Assembly: GCA_003649205.1 (NCBI GenBank) | Contig: QMRC01000010.1 | Coordinates: 1 to 60,908, forward strand | Direction: 5' to 3' | DNA from: Thermoprotei archaeon | GTDB lineage: Archaea > Thermoproteota > Thermoprotei > Thermoproteales > B15-G16 | Length of the DNA: 60,908 bases | In this document: positions 54,984 through 60,908 of the stretch, piece after piece | Layout: each line of letters opens with the position of its first letter | How positions within the stretch are numbered: the first letter of the stretch is position 1 | The notes under the pieces: generated by a model | What the model was told of the DNA's origin: nothing | Database searches by the model: none | What the model saw: the letters and a program-made list of their open reading frames with translations, nothing else | Program-made: the position numbers and the translations under genes

Positions 54984-57174
54984 GGTACTCTATCCTAAAT
55001 ACCTTGACCCAACCATTTGGTGCTGATACGTACACTAGCTTGAAGTACTTAGGTTGTTCAACAACTACTCTTGGTCCCTGGTAATAAGCTCCAACAGGTG
55101 CCATTGGTTCGAAGATCCATATGAATGATGTACCTGGTGGTTTAGCACCGAAGATTAGCTTGTACAGTGTTGCGTTACGTGCTTCCGTGGTATTTGCTGG
55201 TACAAGTATCCTGAGTATTGTTTCACCGATTCTCAAGGTTGCTGTAGCTAGGTACTTCCTCCTAACTTCCTCATCTGAGAGCCCAGCTATTCTAGCCATC
55301 CAGTAGCTCTTAGCGAAATCGCCTGCATATGGATGTGGCATCTTTATGATACCAGCTGGAACAATATCGATAGCAGGTTCAAACACCACTACATACTGCG
55401 CTCCCAATTCCTTAAATATCTTCACTGCAGTTTCCTCATCACTTATGAATGCTAGTGCTATCCTCCTTATCTGAGTACCATTTATTGTTGAGTTATCCGC
55501 TAGTGAAGTTCTATTGGCAACCACCGAGATCCAGTACCCATAATCCCACCAACTAGCTATAACTGCGTTTTGAGGTAAGTTATTCCTCATCCACTCTAGA
55601 GCTGATAACCAGTCAGCATACTCCATCTTATACCTTGGACTACCTGCTAGCGATGACGATAGTATGAGTGCTGGCGCATCAGCTAACCTCATGGCATTAT
55701 TTACCGAGTAGCATACAGCAGCTGTGAACACAATCACCATCAGCAATAGAACACCTATAGCGTACTCTCTCGGAAATCCATACATCTTCTTCAACTTCCT
55801 CGAGTACCTCACCTGCTCCCTAGTCTTCTGCACAAAGAGTATGAAAAATTCACGTAGTGTGTATACAGCTAGTAGAGGCCATATAGGTGTCATGAGTACT
55901 GTTAACCTAACCATGCTAGCTGCTGAGTAGAGAGATGTTATTGCGTAGAGTATCACGAGGAGAGTTACCTCATCTACTCCTCGATATATCATAAGGGGTA
56001 TAGCAACTATGGCAAATGGTATTAAGTACCCTAGATCGCTGAATATGTTGTACCATGTAGATACCTTGTGCTCACCTACAGACTCAACGAGCGGACTCCT
56101 CTCCTTAGGTATCACGACAGCTAGTATTCTACCAGCTGGGAGCACGAGTATACCAACTATGAGGAGTGCAGTCAGTACTACAATCAGTAGTGGAAGAACG
56201 TACACTATCCTTTTGTACAGTTTCTCGAAGCTAACCTCTACCCTGAACTTAGTTAAGACGATGTATAGTAGGGACAGTACTGTAGCTATATTCGGTAAAG
56301 CAGCTGTTAGAGATCTGAGTGCTGTAATTCCGTATCTAGGCATGGAAACTATCATCGCTGTGAACACTGTATTGCATAGCAGGTACGTTAGAACGACCTT
56401 ATCGACCTTACCTACACGTAGCAGTATAGCGACAATTACGTAGAGTGCAAGTAGGTTCCAGAGGTAGAGGTATGCACCCCAAGTCCAGGCTACAAAGCCA
56501 AAGCAGAGACCACTCAGTAGTGAAAGGAGTAGAGTCCATGACCTCCTCTCTTCTTTAAGTGCCTGTACGAAGAGGTACAGCCCCCAGACTATAAATGGCA
56601 TTGCAATTGCTTCATCATCGAACCAACCAGCTACTGATCTGCTCACGTATGCTGGACAGAAGGTAACGAGTAGTGCAGTGAGTAATCCACCGAATCTACC
56701 GCAGATAGCTTGACCTAGTAGGTATGCACCTATAACTGTGAAAATCGACATTACTGCAGGGGTTATAACAGCTACTTCCTTGAGCGTAAGGCCAAGTAGT
56801 GGACCAAGTAGCCTATGTAGTACCACACCCATTAGGGAGACTCCAGGAACAAATGACTTCCTGATGTCAATACCGTAAGGGTACCAGAACTTCGTATCTA
56901 AGATCTTATCGTGCTCGAACCACCATGAGAACCACCATGAAAATCCTCTTCTCTCAATCTGTTCAGCTACGTAGTACCTCATGAAGGGGTCGAACTCATT
57001 CAAGTAGTATCCCCACTTCACTACTGGTATTAACCTTAGGTACAGAGATATAGCACATATTGCAGTGAGCGTAAGTACGGTGATTACGTGCTTAAGGTCA
57101 ATGAACTCACTTAACTTGCTTAGCTTGTACAAGACACTTGGTCTCTTGACTCGACTACTCACAATAATCACCAA
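54973..57174 (-). CDS. aglB: oligosaccharyltransferase AglB (STT3)
   Basis: EFDP, RSVAGWFDDE, SVGEH, WWDYGY, DNST. Confidence 0.95.
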   Translation of the reverse strand: MVIIVSSRVKRPSVLYKLSKLSEFIDLKHVITVLTLTAICAISLYLRLIPVVKWGYYLNEFDPFMRYYVAEQIERRGFSWWFSWWFEHDKILDTKFWYPYGIDIRKSFVPGVSLMGVVLHRLLGPLLGLTLKEVAVITPAVMSIFTVIGAYLLGQAICGRFGGLLTALLVTFCPAYVSRSVAGWFDDEAIAMPFIVWGLYLFVQALKEERRSWTLLLSLLSGLCFGFVAWTWGAYLYLWNLLALYVIVAILLRVGKVDKVVLTYLLCNTVFTAMIVSMPRYGITALRSLTAALPNIATVLSLLYIVLTKFRVEVSFEKLYKRIVYVLPLLIVVLTALLIVGILVLPAGRILAVVIPKERSPLVESVGEHKVSTWYNIFSDLGYLIPFAIVAIPLMIYRGVDEVTLLVILYAITSLYSAASMVRLTVLMTPIWPLLAVYTLREFFILFVQKTREQVRYSRKLKKMYGFPREYAIGVLLLMVIVFTAAVCYSVNNAMRLADAPALILSSSLAGSPRYKMEYADWLSALEWMRNNLPQNAVIASWWDYGYWISVVANRTSLADNSTINGTQIRRIALAFISDEETAVKIFKELGAQYVVVFEPAIDIVPAGIIKMPHPYAGDFAKSYWMARIAGLSDEEVRRKYLATATLRIGETILRILVPANTTEARNATLYKLIFGAKPPGTSFIWIFEPMAPVGAYYQGPRVVVEQPKYFKLVYVSAPNGWVKVFRIEYPKS

Positions 57175-57235
57175 GAGTACTTTGGTCTGAAGTACTCACT
57201 TATTTCACTTATCTATTACTTGGAGTTGAGTAGAT

Positions 57236-57403
57236 CTAGCTCTTTTTACTAATGACGACTACGCGATTAGGCTTAATTACTAACTTTGCTAAGCAACGTG
57301 GACACCTGGTACCGAATTTCTTAACGATCTCTTCAGGTGCTATCAACTCGGATTTCGAATATAGTACGAATCCGCAATTACTACAGACTATCTTAATGGG
57401 CAT
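57236..57403 (-). CDS. small zinc-ribbon protein, 55 aa (missing from ORF track)
   Basis: manual translation MPIKIVCSNCGFVLYSKSELIAPEEIVKKFGTRCPRCLAKLVIKPNRVVVISKKS. Confidence 0.75.
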   Translation of the reverse strand: MPIKIVCSNCGFVLYSKSELIAPEEIVKKFGTRCPRCLAKLVIKPNRVVVISKKS

Positions 57404-57467
57404 TCCTTTACTCTCACTTGTGTAAAGTACTTAAGTTTTTGTGGTAGCTACCATTTTGTGATACTAG

Positions 57468-58772
57468 TTGGTGATCGCTGTGAGTAGAGGTATTGAGATA
57501 CGTGATCCAGTGCATGGTTACATTGAGTTGAGTGAGCTAGAGAAGAGGTTGATAGATACTGAGGTTTTTCAACGTCTCAGGTACATAAAGCAGCTCGCGC
57601 TCGCCTACCTCGTATACCCTGGTGCTGAGCATACGAGATTCGGGCACAGCATCGGCGTTATGTACCTTGCCTCCATCTACGGTAGGCACTTCATGGAAGA
57701 GGGTGTCCTCGATGGAGATGATGTAGCTCTACTGAGGGTATCTGCTCTCTTACACGATATTGGTCACGGACCTTTTTCGCATCTGTATGAGGAACTCCTC
57801 ATCAAGTACCGTGGTAAGACGCATGAGGATATTGGTTCGTGGATCATTGAGGAGAGCGAGATTAGTGACGTCTTGAGCGAGCACGGTTTTGACCCAAAGG
57901 TAGTATCGAAGCTTGCTGTGGGGAAGTATCATGTATCTGACAAGGGTAAGCTCATGTCACAGATAATATCTGGTCCTGTAGATGCTGATAAGATGGACTT
58001 CTTACTTCGTGACTCGTACTTCACAGGTGTTGAGTATGGTAGGATAGATCCCCATAGGTTGATAAGTAAGTCAAAGTACATAGATGGTGTCATTGCATTT
58101 AGGCTACCGGCATCGTTGTATGCTTTGGAAGCCTTCATGATTGCTAGGTACGAGATGTTTAGGGCTGTGTACTTCCACAAGACTGTTCGTGCTGCTGAGT
58201 TGATGTTGTTGAGAGTTCTCGATGGTCTTAAGGATGAGCTTGGAATTCTCGACTTTAGATCAGTTGAGGAGTACTGTAGGTTAACTGACTACACAATACT
58301 AGCTGAATTGAGGAGATTAGTTAAGACATCGCAGCCACGGGGTGAGCAACGTAAGATTCTTGAACTCACTTCAATGCTCTATAGGAGAGATCTCTTCAAG
58401 TGTGTCTTCGATAAAATACTTCACGTATCAACCCCACAGAGCATAGACCTCAGAGTAAAGGTCAAAGATCTTGAGAGAGAGATTGCGAGTATGGTAGGTA
58501 TAGATGACATCTACGTAATCGTTGATATAGTGGGCATCCCATCTCTCCCCTACACATCCTACCTACCTGAACCAATGGACATACCAGTGTACGAGTACTG
58601 CGATGATGGTATTAAGCTTGGGTACTTAACGCAGTACTCAACCATTGCTGGCGTATTGAGGAAGTTCATGAATTTCATTAGGGTCTATACACATAGGAAA
58701 TTTAGAAATGAAGTGAGGAAGGCTGCTGAGAAGGTATTGAGTGAGGTTATTAGCAGTCTAGCTTTTGAGTAG
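57468..58772 (+). CDS. HD-domain phosphohydrolase (SAMHD1/dNTP triphosphohydrolase-like)
   Basis: DPVHGYI, FQRLRYIKQL, HTRFGHSIG, LLHDIGHGPFSH, DADKMDFLLRD, VYFHK. Confidence 0.92.
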   Translation: MVIAVSRGIEIRDPVHGYIELSELEKRLIDTEVFQRLRYIKQLALAYLVYPGAEHTRFGHSIGVMYLASIYGRHFMEEGVLDGDDVALLRVSALLHDIGHGPFSHLYEELLIKYRGKTHEDIGSWIIEESEISDVLSEHGFDPKVVSKLAVGKYHVSDKGKLMSQIISGPVDADKMDFLLRDSYFTGVEYGRIDPHRLISKSKYIDGVIAFRLPASLYALEAFMIARYEMFRAVYFHKTVRAAELMLLRVLDGLKDELGILDFRSVEEYCRLTDYTILAELRRLVKTSQPRGEQRKILELTSMLYRRDLFKCVFDKILHVSTPQSIDLRVKVKDLEREIASMVGIDDIYVIVDIVGIPSLPYTSYLPEPMDIPVYEYCDDGIKLGYLTQYSTIAGVLRKFMNFIRVYTHRKFRNEVRKAAEKVLSEVISSLAFE

Positions 58773-58775
58773 GTA

Positions 58776-60083
58776 CTACAGAATTAGCGTGTTTGGTGGG
58801 TACTTATCCTTCTCATTGAAGTACTCATCCAACCTTATTCTCCCGACATGGATTGTCGATACTCTCTTCTTTGCTGGTGTCAGGACCTTGACCTCACCTT
58901 TCCTAAAGTTTATTTCCTGTAGTATCCCTAGACCAAGGAATGAACCATCGCTTGAGTAGAGACCACAGAGGAGCCCTCTCTCGTCCCCTTCACGCACTAC
59001 TACAACCTCTTCAACGTCGGGAAATACTTGCTTTGCACATTCCTTCACATAGTTCTTATCCACTGCCTTTCCTCGAGGTAGAACTACGAGCATTGTATCC
59101 TCAGCTCTCTCCACATACACCGGTTCAATACCTAGAGCATTAGCCAGCTTCCCATACTCACTACTTGACCTAGCTATTGTGAAGCCTGAACCAAGTACAG
59201 TGTTTTGGAAATTAACTTCACCTAAATCAAGTGAGAGAACTCTAGCATTTCTGAAGTGTCTCTTGTACATGTTTTCCCTAAACATCTTCCTCTCAACGGC
59301 ATCTCTCTGAGGTACCCCTCTTAATGCAGGTACCCTAATTATGTCAATGAACTCATACTTCTCTATTGGCTTCAGAATGGGTTCAAGCTCTGTACCTAGC
59401 TCTAGAGCAATAACTACATCAGGTCTAACTACGTCGATTAGAGATAGCTTCTGCTCCCTAGCCTCCCAGCCTCTAATCCACCCATCGGTAACAACAACAG
59501 TGAAATCAACTCCACTACTCAGTGCTCTGTTTAGCAACTTCTGAACACCGAGAACAACTTTGTGTGTTAAGCCTGCGGGACTGACGCAACCAACGAAATA
59601 ACCATCGACAAATGGTAGGAGTGAAAGCGATGGATATGGCCTACTCACAATACTCATGCTGATGACAGAGGGTAGCCCGAAGTCTGATTGACCGAGATCA
59701 GTATCAATTATGGCGCACTTCTTATCCATAGCAGTCAACGTATTTAGCAGTAGTAGTGAGAACGTAGATTTCCCAGATGCTACATTACCCAGAACAAGAA
59801 TTCTACCACTACTTAACCTAGTTGTTATCCTCTCAATAGCGTACTTCCACTCAACAGGTGCTCTAACTTCAGGCTCCCTCTCTAGCGAACCACCTTCACC
59901 AACCTTAACCTCGAGAACGGACTTCTCAAGAGCTAGAATTATAGTTGCTCTGCTACGAGGTATCGAAATTGATTCACGTTCACCAAGCTGCTTACCCCAA
60001 ACCTCAATCAACCCCTCAACAACCTTGATATTTGCTGGCCCAATAACCTTAATCCACTTACCCTTCTCAACCTCAATCCTCAT
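58776..60083 (-). CDS. Clp1/Grc3-family polynucleotide 5'-hydroxyl kinase
   Basis: GNVASGKST, DTDLGQ, FVG..SP, TDGW, R..RE..Y..F. Confidence 0.88.
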   Translation of the reverse strand: MRIEVEKGKWIKVIGPANIKVVEGLIEVWGKQLGERESISIPRSRATIILALEKSVLEVKVGEGGSLEREPEVRAPVEWKYAIERITTRLSSGRILVLGNVASGKSTFSLLLLNTLTAMDKKCAIIDTDLGQSDFGLPSVISMSIVSRPYPSLSLLPFVDGYFVGCVSPAGLTHKVVLGVQKLLNRALSSGVDFTVVVTDGWIRGWEAREQKLSLIDVVRPDVVIALELGTELEPILKPIEKYEFIDIIRVPALRGVPQRDAVERKMFRENMYKRHFRNARVLSLDLGEVNFQNTVLGSGFTIARSSSEYGKLANALGIEPVYVERAEDTMLVVLPRGKAVDKNYVKECAKQVFPDVEEVVVVREGDERGLLCGLYSSDGSFLGLGILQEINFRKGEVKVLTPAKKRVSTIHVGRIRLDEYFNEKDKYPPNTLIL

Positions 60084-60123
60084 GTACAGTACCTCACAGA
60101 CACTAGGTAACTTTGGTTATTTG

Positions 60124-60873
60124 TTATTTCTCGAATGTAAGTAGTTCCCTCGTCACATACCTTCTACACAGCGCTATCTCGAGAGCATCGTAGATGTCTG
60201 ATGGTAATTTCAAACCGAAATACTCAATAGGGAGAACCCTCCACACTTCACGTTCTGAAACCAAGATCAAGTACACGAGACAGCTACAGCACCTAAATAC
60301 CTCGCTAACACATCTCCTAAACCTCTCCAATAACTCAGAAACAGGACTCGAAGGTACAGAACCAACCTTAATCTCCACAACACTACACGAACTACACAAG
60401 ACCTCAGCAACATCACGGAGAATAGAGAGAACACCGTCAAGAGACCTAACAACCCACCACATAGCAGGAACACCATCAATAAGGAGAACAACACCAATTC
60501 TCTTCAACCCAAGGTCAATACCGAGAACAACACGATCAAAGAAAACCCTACCCAAAACCCTACGCACAACCTCACGAACAATGTAGAGAGCTAAGTACCT
60601 ATCAGAGACACAGCACAAATCCTCACGACACACAACAACAGGAACAGAGACATCACGAAGCTCAACATCAGAGACCAAGACATCAACACCAGGTATAGGA
60701 GGTACAGAGTCAAGTACATGAACCTCAAAACAACACCTAGAGAAAACAGTGAGCAACCTCCTCAACAACCTCGGATCACGAACATACACACCAACACGAA
60801 CACGGAAAACACAATCCAACACAGAACCAAAACAGCGAAAACACAAAGAAAAACTTATAGACACAACGACCAA
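60124..60873 (-). CDS. hypothetical protein with RNase H-like (YqgF-like) C-terminal domain; start uncertain
   Basis: VLGIDLGLKRIGVVL, VSE, DIYDALEIAL. Confidence 0.55.
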   Translation of the reverse strand: MVVVSISFSLCFRCFGSVLDCVFRVRVGVYVRDPRLLRRLLTVFSRCCFEVHVLDSVPPIPGVDVLVSDVELRDVSVPVVVCREDLCCVSDRYLALYIVREVVRRVLGRVFFDRVVLGIDLGLKRIGVVLLIDGVPAMWWVVRSLDGVLSILRDVAEVLCSSCSVVEIKVGSVPSSPVSELLERFRRCVSEVFRCCSCLVYLILVSEREVWRVLPIEYFGLKLPSDIYDALEIALCRRYVTRELLTFEK

Positions 60874-60891
60874 ACGAGAATACAGTAGAGA

Positions 60892-60908
60892 GCGGGGGTG
60901 CCCGAGCC
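60892..60908 (+). tRNA. 5' end of a second tRNA (Leu-type), truncated by window end
   Basis: GCGGGGGTGCCCGAGCC is identical to the first 17 nt of the tRNA-Leu at 14624; TTATA box upstream. Confidence 0.65.

Noticed and set aside
60888-60908. 21-nt direct repeat with 14620-14640 as att sites of a 46-kb integrated element
   Set aside because: It is the conserved 5' end of Leu-type tRNAs; the intervening DNA is essential core genes and no integrase was seen

Overview
Archaeal DNA, most consistent with Thermoproteota/TACK: archaeal r-proteins, RpoF/RpoL, Csl4, Nob1, PINA, AglB, and no ftsZ before secE. Most of the window is conserved information-processing core: Dph2-METTL5-Csl4-RpoL; SRP54-Pus10-RpoF; S19e to FtsY-SecE-Spt5-L11-L1-L10-AlaRS; TFS-PCNA-PriL-PriS-GINS-L44e-S27e-aIF2a-Nop10. 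It also carries two complete tRNAs (Met-CAT, Leu-CAA), one tRNA cut off at the right edge, about five box C/D guide sRNAs and a GC-rich structured element at the left edge. There are two accessory blocks. The first is a small toxin-antitoxin/nuclease islet at the 3' end of tRNA-Met (about 3.8-6.3 kb). The second and main candidate for a new system is a eukaryote-like ubiquitin conjugation locus at about 24.2-31.8 kb. It encodes a ubiquitin-like domain ending in Gly-Gly fused in frame to a UBC/E2, a Ubl-E1 fusion, a membrane-anchored JAMM protease, a membrane-anchored Zn-ribbon/B-box protein (no RING or HECT E3 seen), a CdvA-like coiled-coil protein, a stand-alone winged-helix protein resembling the CdvB tail, and a decayed pseudogene built from similar modules. 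A second, soluble JAMM lies about 2 kb away. Also notable are an HTH fused to an apparently catalytically dead class III ribonucleotide reductase, an in-place inversion of rpl21e, and strong local strand skew upstream of stable-RNA genes. All assignments come from reading motifs by eye; no searches were run.
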